Assembly: GCA_965215605.1 (NCBI GenBank)
Contig: OZ244070.1
Location: 2,112,001-2,176,000, forward strand
Reading direction: 5' to 3'
DNA: 64,000 nt
Source: an uncultured Candidatus Binatia bacterium
GTDB lineage: Bacteria; Desulfobacterota; Binatia; UBA9968; JAJDTQ01
The notes below the pieces were generated by a model. The model was given only the letters and a program-made list of their open reading frames with translations, was not told the DNA's origin and did no database searches. Of this stretch, positions 40,318-48,807 are shown in pieces (the stretch's first letter is position 1; every line of letters starts with the position of its first letter). Position numbers and translations under genes: made by a program.

Positions 40318-41940
40318 TCAGGGCGCCAGCGACAGGTAGCGCGTCGGGTGCACGTCCATGACGTTGTCCTTCCACCCCTTGACCCGCGGGCTCACCAGGT
40401 GCTGGGTCGTATAGTGGTAGATGGGGATGATGGGGAGGTCATTCAACAGGATGCTCTCGGCCTTCTGCATGAGTTCCGCCCGGACTCCCAGGTCGGTTTC
40501 CGTTTCCGCTTTACGCATGAGGGCGTCGTACTTCGAGTTGGCATACCCCGCGGGGTTCATGGAGCCGACGCCGCCCTTGAGCAGCTCGAGGAAAGTGTTG
40601 GCGTCGTTGTAGTCGCCGATCCAGCCGGCCCGGAGCACGTCGAACTGCATGGCGCGGCGGGTCGTGAGATAGACCTTCCACTCCTGGTTGAAGAGCTCTG
40701 TCCGGACGCCCAAGGCCTGTTTCCACATTCCCGAGATGGCTATGGCGATGCGCTTGTGGTTGTCGCTGGTGTTGTACAGGATCTGCACCTTCAGAGGGTT
40801 CTCCTTCGAGTATCCGGCTTCGGCGTAGAGTTTCCTTGCCCGGGCGAGACGCTCGGCCTTGGACAGTCCCTTCCAGGGTACCGCGGCTCCCGCGTACCGA
40901 TGGACGCCCGGGGGGACCCAGGCGTAGGCAGGGATCTCGCCGCCCTTGGTGACCTTGCCGGTGAGGATTTCCCGGTCGATGGTCATGGCCAGCGCGTTGC
41001 GCAGCCCCGGGCGGTCGCGGAACGGTGCTTGGGTCAGGTTGAGGGCATAGTAGTAGGTCCCGAGATACGCGGTATTGTGGAACTGCGCCCCCAGGTTCTT
41101 CTCCACCCACGCGATCTGGTCGGGGGGCACGTCATAGGTGATGTCCAGCTCGCCGCTCCGGAACCGCTTGAGCTCGGTGCTCGTGTTCTCCGTGGGGTGG
41201 AAGACCACCGTATCGATCCCCACGTTGGCCGCGTCCCAATAGTGCGGGTTGCGCTCCAGACGGATGTGGCTCTGGGGCACCCATTCGGTCAGGCGGTAGG
41301 CACCGTTGGAGACCAGGTTGCCGGCCCGGGTCCACTTGTCTCCGTGGCGCTCCAGCGTCCTGGGATGCACGGGATACGCATGTGGGTGCGTGAGCATGCC
41401 GATGAAGTAGGGCGTCGGCGCCTTCAGGGTCACCTTCAGGGTGTGCGCGTCGACGGCTTCCACCCCGAGCCGGTGGAGCTCCTTGATCTTGCCCGTGGTG
41501 ATCTCCTCGCCGTTGGCGATGGGCCAGAGGATGAAGGCGTAGCCGGAGCCCACCGCCGGATCCACGCCCCGCCTCAACGCGAAGACGAAGTCGTGCGCCG
41601 TGACCGGATCGCCGTTGGACCACTTGGCGTTCCTGCGGAGGCGGAACGTGTAGACCGTGCCGTCATCGCTCAGGGTCCAGCTCTCCGCCACGCCCGGGAT
41701 CAGTGAGCCGTCGGCGGCTTCCGCCACGAGACCCTCGAAGAGGTCGCGTTGGATGCCGGCAGCAGGAACGCCCGACGACTTGTGCACGTCGAGGGTTTCC
41801 GGCTCTGCGCCGTTGCCCCGCTGGAGGGTGTTCTTGTCAGCGTGGGCGGAGGAGATCCCCAGCAGCAGTGCGGCGAAAAGGACGACGACCAGCGTTCGGG
41901 TGGATGTTCCGAGGCGATGCCTTGCCGTCGTTTCGAGCAT
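40318..41940 (-). CDS. oppA: Oligopeptide ABC substrate-binding protein
   Basis: NGAEPETLD, KWSNGDPVTAHDF, VSNGAY, RAGWIGDY. Confidence 0.93.
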   Translation of the reverse strand: MLETTARHRLGTSTRTLVVVLFAALLLGISSAHADKNTLQRGNGAEPETLDVHKSSGVPAAGIQRDLFEGLVAEAADGSLIPGVAESWTLSDDGTVYTFRLRRNAKWSNGDPVTAHDFVFALRRGVDPAVGSGYAFILWPIANGEEITTGKIKELHRLGVEAVDAHTLKVTLKAPTPYFIGMLTHPHAYPVHPRTLERHGDKWTRAGNLVSNGAYRLTEWVPQSHIRLERNPHYWDAANVGIDTVVFHPTENTSTELKRFRSGELDITYDVPPDQIAWVEKNLGAQFHNTAYLGTYYYALNLTQAPFRDRPGLRNALAMTIDREILTGKVTKGGEIPAYAWVPPGVHRYAGAAVPWKGLSKAERLARARKLYAEAGYSKENPLKVQILYNTSDNHKRIAIAISGMWKQALGVRTELFNQEWKVYLTTRRAMQFDVLRAGWIGDYNDANTFLELLKGGVGSMNPAGYANSKYDALMRKAETETDLGVRAELMQKAESILLNDLPIIPIYHYTTQHLVSPRVKGWKDNVMDVHPTRYLSLAP

Positions 41941-42042
41941 GTCCGAGGCCCTCCCAAAGGGGTTGAGTAGACGGAAGTGTGCCTTGCCGGAAGGTTAACA
42001 CGGCGCCCTCCGGTCGTCCATGCGGAGTCTCGGAGGGTTCTG

Positions 42043-42858
42043 TCAGAAGCTCCCGGGCAGCGGTTTGGGCGTCCCGGGAAACAAGCCGTGCTTGTCGAGG
42101 AACTCGATCATGAAGCGGTTGAACAGCCAGGGCTGCTCGATCTGGCAGGCATGCCCGGCTCCGGGCAGCACCTTCATTTCGCAGCCCGGTATCCGCTCCT
42201 GCAGCGCGGCCGCGGTGGGATGGGAGTTGTCCTCGCTGCCGCTCAGGATGGTGACCGGACAGGAGATGTTGGAGTGGTGGCCGTCGGGTTCCGGCGCCTG
42301 CATCGCCCGGAACTGGCGGAGGATGGTATCGACGTCCGCGAAGTCGTTGCGTTCCGCGAAGAGGTTGGCGAAGAAGTGCGCCATCGGCGTCGTGCGAAAT
42401 GCAGGACTCAGATCCTCGAACGTATACGCCCAGCGATAGCCGATGCCCTTGGCGCCGTATGCGGCGATGCGCCGGGCGGCGAACGCTTTCTCGGGCGTGT
42501 AGCCCGTTCCCGACAGGATCATCGCCGCTGTCCGGTCGGGACGCCGGTGATACATGTACGGAGCCAGGGAAGATCCCACCGAACAGCCCACCAGGATGGC
42601 GGTCTCGCCCGGCAGCGCGTCGTCGATGGCTTCCCAGCACCCGTCCGCCATGTCGTCCATGGTCAGCCCCTCCGCGGCCTTGGGCGACCGGCCATACCCC
42701 GGAATGTCAATGGCGATGCACCGGTACCACGTTGACAGGTGCGCCATCTGGAAGATCCAGCACGACTGGTCCATGGGGTTGGGATGGACGAACGCCATCA
42801 CGGGGCCGGTGCGGCCCATGCGCTCGTAGTAGAGGGGTCCTGCGATGTGGTTGGCCAT
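42043..42858 (-). CDS. Alpha/beta hydrolase fold protein
   Basis: DIPGYGRS, GCSVG nucleophile elbow, GSED, GAGH. Confidence 0.85.
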   Translation of the reverse strand: MANHIAGPLYYERMGRTGPVMAFVHPNPMDQSCWIFQMAHLSTWYRCIAIDIPGYGRSPKAAEGLTMDDMADGCWEAIDDALPGETAILVGCSVGSSLAPYMYHRRPDRTAAMILSGTGYTPEKAFAARRIAAYGAKGIGYRWAYTFEDLSPAFRTTPMAHFFANLFAERNDFADVDTILRQFRAMQAPEPDGHHSNISCPVTILSGSEDNSHPTAAALQERIPGCEMKVLPGAGHACQIEQPWLFNRFMIEFLDKHGLFPGTPKPLPGSF

Positions 42859-42902
42859 GGTGAGTCTCCTTCTGTATGGTTCGTGCCTTGGTTGATTTTC
42901 AT

Positions 42903-42926
42903 TGACTAGTCATATAGCCTGGTCAT
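42903..42926. promoter_or_regulatory. Palindromic operator for the phd-vapC pair
   Basis: TGACTAGTCA plus a degenerate second copy directly before the ATG. Confidence 0.5.
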
Positions 42927-43175
42927 ATGAGAGAAATCAATGCCTCGGAATTCAAGGCAAAATGCTTGGCCATCCTCGATGAAGTCGTACAGACAGGACA
43001 GGCGGTTACGATCCTGAAACGCGGCAAGCCGGTCGCCCAGCTTGTCCCGCCGGTCCCCAGGCAGCACCGCTATCCGCAGCATGCGCTCTTTGGAACGGTG
43101 GAGATACACGGAGACATCGTGGGGCCGGTCCTGGATGCCGACGTCTGGGAAGCCGAGGCGGGGAAGACGCGGTGA
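42927..43175 (+). CDS. Phd/YefM-family antitoxin
   Basis: INASEFKAKCLAILDEV…ILKRGKPVAQL. Confidence 0.92.
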   Translation: MREINASEFKAKCLAILDEVVQTGQAVTILKRGKPVAQLVPPVPRQHRYPQHALFGTVEIHGDIVGPVLDADVWEAEAGKTR

Positions 43176-43567
43176 AGGCGCTCCTCGATACACACATTCT
43201 GATTGACTGGATGGGCGCGGACCGCAGTCTTTCGTCGGAGCAGGAGGAAGTCCTTCGACAGGCCGGTCCCGAGAATCCGCTGTGGGTTTCCGACATCACC
43301 CTGTGGGAGATTGCCACGTTGTACAATCTCAAGCGGCTCTCGTTTCATTTGCCGCTGAGGGAGTGGCTCGAGGCCGCCACCGCGCCACCCTTGGTGCAGC
43401 GGGTCGGCATCTCACCCGCTGTTGCAGCGGTGGTGGCCGCCCTTCCCGCCGCCTTTCATCGGGACCCTGCCGACCGGGTCATCGTCGCCTCGGCGCAGCT
43501 TCTTGGCGCAACGGTGCTGACACGCGACGCGCGAATCATCCAATCCGGCGTCGTGCCGACGCTGTAG
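43172..43567 (+). CDS. vapC: VapC PIN-domain toxin
   Basis: LLDTHILI, SDITLWEI, HRDPADR, LTRD; GTGA overlap. Confidence 0.92.
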   Translation: MKALLDTHILIDWMGADRSLSSEQEEVLRQAGPENPLWVSDITLWEIATLYNLKRLSFHLPLREWLEAATAPPLVQRVGISPAVAAVVAALPAAFHRDPADRVIVASAQLLGATVLTRDARIIQSGVVPTL

Positions 43568-43601
43568 GCGCCTCATCGTTCAACGGGGCCGGCCATTCGC
43601 A

Positions 43602-46600
43602 ATGAAACGGACAGACGAATTCTTCGAACTCAGCGCCACCGACCTGGTTGCGTACCTCAATTGCCGCCACCTTTCCGAACTGGAGTCTGCCGCGGCAGAA
43701 GGTGTGCTGGCGAGGCCCGAGATATGGGATCCGTATCGCCAGATCCTTAGAGAACGGGGCGCGGCGCACGAGGAAGGGTACGTAGCGCATCTGACCGGGG
43801 AAGGTCTGGACGTCGTGCGCATCGAGGGCGTCGAAATATCCAATCAAGCAGTCTCCGACACGCTTGCGGCCATGAAGGATGGCGTCGAGGTCATCGTTCA
43901 GGGCGCTCTCTCCCACGATCACTGGGTTGGACGTGCCGATATCCTGCGCCGCGTCGAGGGCGCAAGCCGCTTCGGGTCCTGGTCGTACGAGGTGATGGAC
44001 ACCAAGCTCGCGCGGGAAACGAAGGCCGGGACGGTGCTCCAGCTCTGCGTCTATTCCGATCTGCTGGAGAAAGCCCAAGGCACAACGCCCGAATACATGC
44101 ATGTGGTCGTACCGTGGTCGGATTTCGAGCCCCGGAGTTATCGGCTCGCCGACTACGCCGCCTATTTTCGCAAGGTACGACGTGGGTTGTTGGCGGCCAT
44201 GGCACAACGCGGGACGCCAGCGACCTATCCCGAGCCGGTGGAACATTGCGACCTGTGCAGGTGGCGGGAGGCTTGCGACAAGCGCCGTCGCGACGACGAT
44301 CACCTCTGTCTCGTGGCGGGAATCTCGAAGCTGCAGATCAACGAGTTGAAGCAGCGCGACGTGACAACGTTGCGGCGCCTGGCCGGTATGCCCCTTCGGT
44401 TGGACTGGAAGCCGGACCGAGGGTCCCCGGAAGCCTACGGGCGCGTCCGCGAGCAGGCACGGGTTCAGTTCGAGTCCCGCGAGACCGGCGAGAAGACCTT
44501 CGAGCTGCTTCCGGTGGAGAAGGGCTTCGGCCTCTCTTTGCTCCCGGAACCGTCGGACGGCGACATCTTCTTCGACCTGGAAGGCGATCCGTTCGTGGGT
44601 GAGCACGGCCTTGAATATCTGTTCGGCTACGTGTCGATGAGCGACGCCGGCGAGCCCGTGTACCGCGGCGAATGGGCACTCTCGCGAACCGAAGAGAAAC
44701 GGGCCTTGGAGAATTTCGTCGACGTCGTCATGGACCGCTGGGAACAGTTCCCGGACATGCACGTCTACCACTACGCTTCCTACGAGCCGACGGCCTTGAA
44801 ACGTCTGATGGGCCGTTACGCCACCCGGCAGGAGGAGATCGACCGGATGCTTCGCGCCGGACTGTTCGTCGATCTCTACCAAGTCGTGCGGCGCGGCATA
44901 CGGGCCGGCGTGGAGAGCTACTCCATCAAGAGGTTGGAGCCGTTCTATGGATTCGAGCGCCAAAAGGCGTTGGCCGATGCGAATGCAGCCCTGGTGAGTC
45001 TTCAGGCGACCCTCGAACTTGACGATGCGCCCTCCGTGCCGGACCAGGTCAAGGCCACGGTGCTGGCGTACAACAAGGATGATTGCCTTTCCGCCTTCGA
45101 GCTACGCCAATGGCTCGAAACGCAACGTGGTGAGCTCGTGGCGGCCGGTACGGACGTACCCCGCCCGCAACCGGGAGAGCCGGACCCGAACGTAGGGATC
45201 ACCGACTGGCAGATCAAGACCGCCGCGTTGGTGGACAAGCTGACCGCGGACGTCCCCGTTGAACCGGAGGAGCGGGAAGAGGAGCAGCAGGCCCGCTGGA
45301 TATTGGCCCATGTCCTCGACTGGCACCGCAGAGAAGAAAAGGCCGTGTGGTGGGAGTATTTCCGGCTTGCCGGCCTTTCGGTGGAGGATCTTCTCGACGA
45401 GCGTGCCGGACTGTCGGGGCTGACCTTCGTCCACGAGGTCCCTGCAAGCGGAAGGCTGCCCGTACATCGATACCGGTTTCCGGCACAGGAGACCGAGTTG
45501 CGTGGCGGTGAAGATCTCCGTAGCGCGGGCGGGGAGCAACTCGGCTCGGTCGAAGCGATCTCGTCCGATGACTGCACCGTCGATATCAGGAAGCGGAAGG
45601 ACAGCATCGTCACGCACCCCGAAGCGGTCTTCGCCCATCTGTATGTCAATACGCAGGTCCAGAAAGAAGCGCTCTTGAGAATCGGGGAGTACGTGGCGGA
45701 GCACGGCATGCGTGGCGATGGGCCTTATCGGGCAGCGCGCGATCTCCTGCTCCGGGAAGTCCCCCGCGTCGGCGGGGAAGCGCTGCACCGTCAGGGGGAA
45801 ACGACGGTCCAGGCGGCTGTTCGGCTATGCAAGCATCTGACGTCCGGCATCCTTCCGATTCAGGGGCCGCCCGGGGCCGGGAAGACCTTTACCGGCGCGC
45901 GCATGATCTGCGAGCTGGTGCGGCAAGGCAAGACCGTGGGGGTTACGGCCAACAGCCACAAGGTCATCCGCAATCTGCTCGACGCAGCCCTGAACGCGGC
46001 CGAGGAAACCGGGGTGGACCTGCAATGCTGCCACAAGGCGGATGGAGCGGATAAACCCCGGGACGGTCTTTCTCTGGTCACGAAGAATCAGGACCTCTTC
46101 GACGCGCTTGAAGCCGGCGTATCCGTCGGCGGCGGCACCGCGTGGCTGTGGTCCCGCCCGGAGGCATTCGAGACGCTGGAGGTGCTGTTCGTCGATGAAG
46201 CCGCGCAAATGTCCCTTGCCAACGTCCTGGCCGTCTCGCAGGCGGCCAGGACCGTGGTGCTTATCGGCGATCCGCAGCAACTCGATCAGCCGACCCAGGG
46301 CGGTCATCCGGACGGCACCGGCGTGTCCGCCCTGGATCATATCCTGGCCGGCGACAAGACGCTGCCACCGGAGAAAGGACTGTTCCTGCAAGAGACCTGG
46401 CGGCTCCATCCCGACATCTCCGCATACACGTCCGAACTGTTCTATGAAGGCAAGCTCGGTTCAAGGGCCGGTCTCGATCAACAGGTTATCCACGCCAAGG
46501 GGCCGGTGAGCGGCTCCGGCCTGCGCTACCTGCCGGTTGAGCACCACGGCAATCAAAACTGTTCCCCGGAAGAGGCGGAAGTCATCGGCGCGCTCGTGAA

Positions 46601-47045
46601 CGGCATTCTGGAGGGTGGTGCGACCTGGATCGACCGCGACGGCCGGGAAAGCCCCGTCAGGCTGAAGGACATCGTGATCATTACGCCGTACAACGCCCAG
46701 GTCTTCGAGATCCAGCGCGCCTGCCCGGAGGGGGCACGGGTCGGCACCGTGGACAAGTTCCAGGGCCAGGAGGCTCCCATCGCCATCTACTCCACCGCCA
46801 CGTCAAGCCACGCGGACGCGCCGCGGGGAATGGAGTTCCTCTACAGTCTCAACCGGCTCAATGTCGCCACGTCCAGGGCCAAATGCCTGTCGATCCTGGT
46901 GGCTTCGCCGCAACTCTTCGAAGCCGAATGCCGTACCCCGAGGCAGATGCAACTGGCCAACGCCTTCTGCCGCTACCTCGAAATGGCGGAACGGTGTCCG
47001 CAGCAGGCGCCTTCCGGGACGGTGGAGGTCCACGGAAGAGTATAG
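43602..47045 (+). CDS. TM0106-type RecB/Cas4-like nuclease + RNase H-like exonuclease + SF1 (Upf1/DNA2-like) helicase fusion
   Basis: GRADIL…DTK…QLCVY; C…CxxC…C; FFDLEGD…YNKDDC; QGPPGAGKT, DEAAQ, GDPQQL, TVDKFQGQE, RLNVATSRA. Confidence 0.9.
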   Translation: MKRTDEFFELSATDLVAYLNCRHLSELESAAAEGVLARPEIWDPYRQILRERGAAHEEGYVAHLTGEGLDVVRIEGVEISNQAVSDTLAAMKDGVEVIVQGALSHDHWVGRADILRRVEGASRFGSWSYEVMDTKLARETKAGTVLQLCVYSDLLEKAQGTTPEYMHVVVPWSDFEPRSYRLADYAAYFRKVRRGLLAAMAQRGTPATYPEPVEHCDLCRWREACDKRRRDDDHLCLVAGISKLQINELKQRDVTTLRRLAGMPLRLDWKPDRGSPEAYGRVREQARVQFESRETGEKTFELLPVEKGFGLSLLPEPSDGDIFFDLEGDPFVGEHGLEYLFGYVSMSDAGEPVYRGEWALSRTEEKRALENFVDVVMDRWEQFPDMHVYHYASYEPTALKRLMGRYATRQEEIDRMLRAGLFVDLYQVVRRGIRAGVESYSIKRLEPFYGFERQKALADANAALVSLQATLELDDAPSVPDQVKATVLAYNKDDCLSAFELRQWLETQRGELVAAGTDVPRPQPGEPDPNVGITDWQIKTAALVDKLTADVPVEPEEREEEQQARWILAHVLDWHRREEKAVWWEYFRLAGLSVEDLLDERAGLSGLTFVHEVPASGRLPVHRYRFPAQETELRGGEDLRSAGGEQLGSVEAISSDDCTVDIRKRKDSIVTHPEAVFAHLYVNTQVQKEALLRIGEYVAEHGMRGDGPYRAARDLLLREVPRVGGEALHRQGETTVQAAVRLCKHLTSGILPIQGPPGAGKTFTGARMICELVRQGKTVGVTANSHKVIRNLLDAALNAAEETGVDLQCCHKADGADKPRDGLSLVTKNQDLFDALEAGVSVGGGTAWLWSRPEAFETLEVLFVDEAAQMSLANVLAVSQAARTVVLIGDPQQLDQPTQGGHPDGTGVSALDHILAGDKTLPPEKGLFLQETWRLHPDISAYTSELFYEGKLGSRAGLDQQVIHAKGPVSGSGLRYLPVEHHGNQNCSPEEAEVIGALVNGILEGGATWIDRDGRESPVRLKDIVIITPYNAQVFEIQRACPEGARVGTVDKFQGQEAPIAIYSTATSSHADAPRGMEFLYSLNRLNVATSRAKCLSILVASPQLFEAECRTPRQMQLANAFCRYLEMAERCPQQAPSGTVEVHGRV

Positions 47046-47167
47046 ATTGAGCCACAGGATGGCGGACGGCAAATGAAGAAGCGCCCCCACTTGCCGCCGC
47101 TCATGTCCGTTGTGCTCCGAATCGGGTCCTTACGTACTCCTTCGCATCCTCCTCCGACAGCCTCAGT

Positions 47168-47392
47168 GATGGCGTGTTGTTCGGCTCTGGGTGGGAGAGG
47201 CACTGTGCCATTCCGAACTTGATCAGGGCTGACACGTGGCATCTTCGTTCCATGGGTCAGGGTGTCAGCCCATCGGATGTATAACTCATTCAGTAAGGAA
47301 TAGAATACGTAACTCTGAGAATACGCCACGGTACGTAAGACGACTATCTCGCCGGTGCTGGTGCCGCTGAATTCCGGACGGGCCACCTTGTT
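47168..47392 (-). pseudogene. hsdS: Internal fragment of a type I R-M specificity subunit
   Basis: KVARPEFSG…EIVVLR…GTKMPRVS…VPLPPRAEQHAI (TRD end plus conserved PLPPxxEQxxI). Confidence 0.75.
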
Positions 47393-47589
47393 TCGCCCCA
47401 AAGGGCAAGCAGCATGGCGCCCTTCAAGACATAGCGCTCACGGTGCCGCGATTCTCCGAGGCGGTAGAGGAAGCGCTCTGCCGTGTATCGTTGCAACAGG
47501 GCCTCGAAGTTCTCGCCGGTTTTGCGGCTCCGATTCAGCAGCCTTGCACGTACCGACGCACCGACATTTCGGTATTCTCCAGGTGTCAT
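47344..47589 (-). pseudogene. abiEii: 3'-truncated AbiEii nucleotidyltransferase toxin
   Basis: ASVRARLLN…YTAERFLYRL…VLKGAMLL; similarity stops after about 65 aa, before the T-x-D-x-D catalytic motif; ATGA overlap with abiEi. Confidence 0.8.
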
Positions 47590-48194
47590 AGCCGAAGCGC
47601 CTCCAGGTAGGGCCGTATGACAGTCCGCGCGCGGCACGCCTCAGCCGCGCGCACGATCTCATCCACCGTGGCTGCTCCCGAGCGCAAGACGTCGTGCAGC
47701 GCCTCCATCGCGATGTCCAGACCGAACTTGTTCCGATAGCGAAAGCAATCCACAACGGTCCGGGCGGGCGAGGTCATGAGAAACGGGACGCCCAAGGCCC
47801 AATGGCGGACCACGCCGTAGGTGAGCCCTGCACCTGAGAAACGGACGACTCGCATACGGGCGGGAGGATGCGCCGGTTTGCGCGCTTTCCGATCGAGGGC
47901 GACCCAAACTTCGTACGGCAACTGGGTGCCGATATCGTGAAAATGGAGCGCTGTGACCAGACACATGATGGCGTTCGGGACCGCCGCCGCCACCATGGCA
48001 AGGGTCTCGAGTTCGGTGGTTTCCACTTCCGAGAGTCTATAGAGGCCGTCCCCGAAGTTCTCCACGGACCCGTCGAACACGAGGTTTTGAAGACGACGAT
48101 GGGAAATGCCGAGGGGTGCGATGTCCCGAGGCCGGAAGAAAGCGCCGACTCCTGCTTCCCGCAATATGTCAAGAGTGTCGAGAGCGACGGGCAT
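47586..48194 (-). CDS. abiEi: AbiEi type IV TA antitoxin
   Basis: N-terminal wHTH with GLYRL, CLVTALHFHD, RTVVDCFRYRNKFGLD, IRPYLEA. Confidence 0.88.
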   Translation of the reverse strand: MPVALDTLDILREAGVGAFFRPRDIAPLGISHRRLQNLVFDGSVENFGDGLYRLSEVETTELETLAMVAAAVPNAIMCLVTALHFHDIGTQLPYEVWVALDRKARKPAHPPARMRVVRFSGAGLTYGVVRHWALGVPFLMTSPARTVVDCFRYRNKFGLDIAMEALHDVLRSGAATVDEIVRAAEACRARTVIRPYLEALRL

Positions 48195-48207
48195 CCAACG
48201 ATGATAA

Positions 48208-48243
48208 CAAATGTCGGCACTTTAGTTCAAGTGCCGACATTTG
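48208..48243. promoter_or_regulatory. Perfect 15-bp inverted repeat: AbiEi operator and/or grdA terminator
   Basis: CAAATGTCGGCACTT-tagttc-AAGTGCCGACATTTG, 13 bp upstream of the abiEi ATG. Confidence 0.7.
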
Positions 48244-48253
48244 ATGTCCTCGT

Positions 48254-48724
48254 CTACCCTGCCCGCATCCCCGCCAACGCCCCCACGATCGCGTCCGCTT
48301 CCAGCCCCATCTCCAGGATCTCGATGTTCTCGGCGTACTGGTCGGGGTCGATGGCGGCTTTCACGTTGGGCTCGAAGACGTGGTAGGCCGGGAGGCCGAG
48401 CTCCACGCCGGCGAGGGGGCCCGCGTAGGAGGGGTCGCCGGTCGTGACGGTCTCGAACTGGACCTGGCTGCTCTCGGTGGTGGGGGCGCCGAGCAGCACG
48501 ACGATGCCGTCCTTTCCGTATTCTTCAGCGAGTTCTTTTATTCGACCTTGATCCTCAAGGTCCATGGCCCCAGCGGCTGTTCAAACGAAGCACTGGGTGG
48601 CGGCGTACGCGACTTCGCCTCCCAGTCCCGCGATGGCCTGCTCGATGACCGGGGCGGGGACGCCGTCCCGCTCGCCGAGGATGATGAGCTTCTTGCCGTT
48701 GAGGGTGATGGGTTGTGCCGTCAT
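48254..48724 (-). CDS. grdA: Glycine/sarcosine/betaine reductase selenoprotein A (156 aa, Sec at codon 48)
   Basis: [61 protein letters not shown]…ETVTTGDPSYAGPLAGVELGLPAYH; AAGGAG RBS. Confidence 0.93.
48544..48562 (-). promoter_or_regulatory. Bacterial SECIS-like hairpin
   Basis: GACCTTGA-GGA-TCAAGGTC, perfect 8-bp stem with a G-initial loop, separated from the UGA by 18 nt. Confidence 0.75.
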
Positions 48725-48807
48725 GAGAGTTCTCCTTGTTTGGTAGGGTCAAACCTTGAACTTGACTCTATTGGTGTAAAACTTCGTATGTTCGCGGGGG
48801 TTGAGAG

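Noticed and set aside
48254-48565. 103-aa ORF as a complete gene, or grdA as a nonsense pseudogene
   Set aside because: The TGA falls exactly at the conserved CxxU position and is followed by a SECIS-like hairpin.
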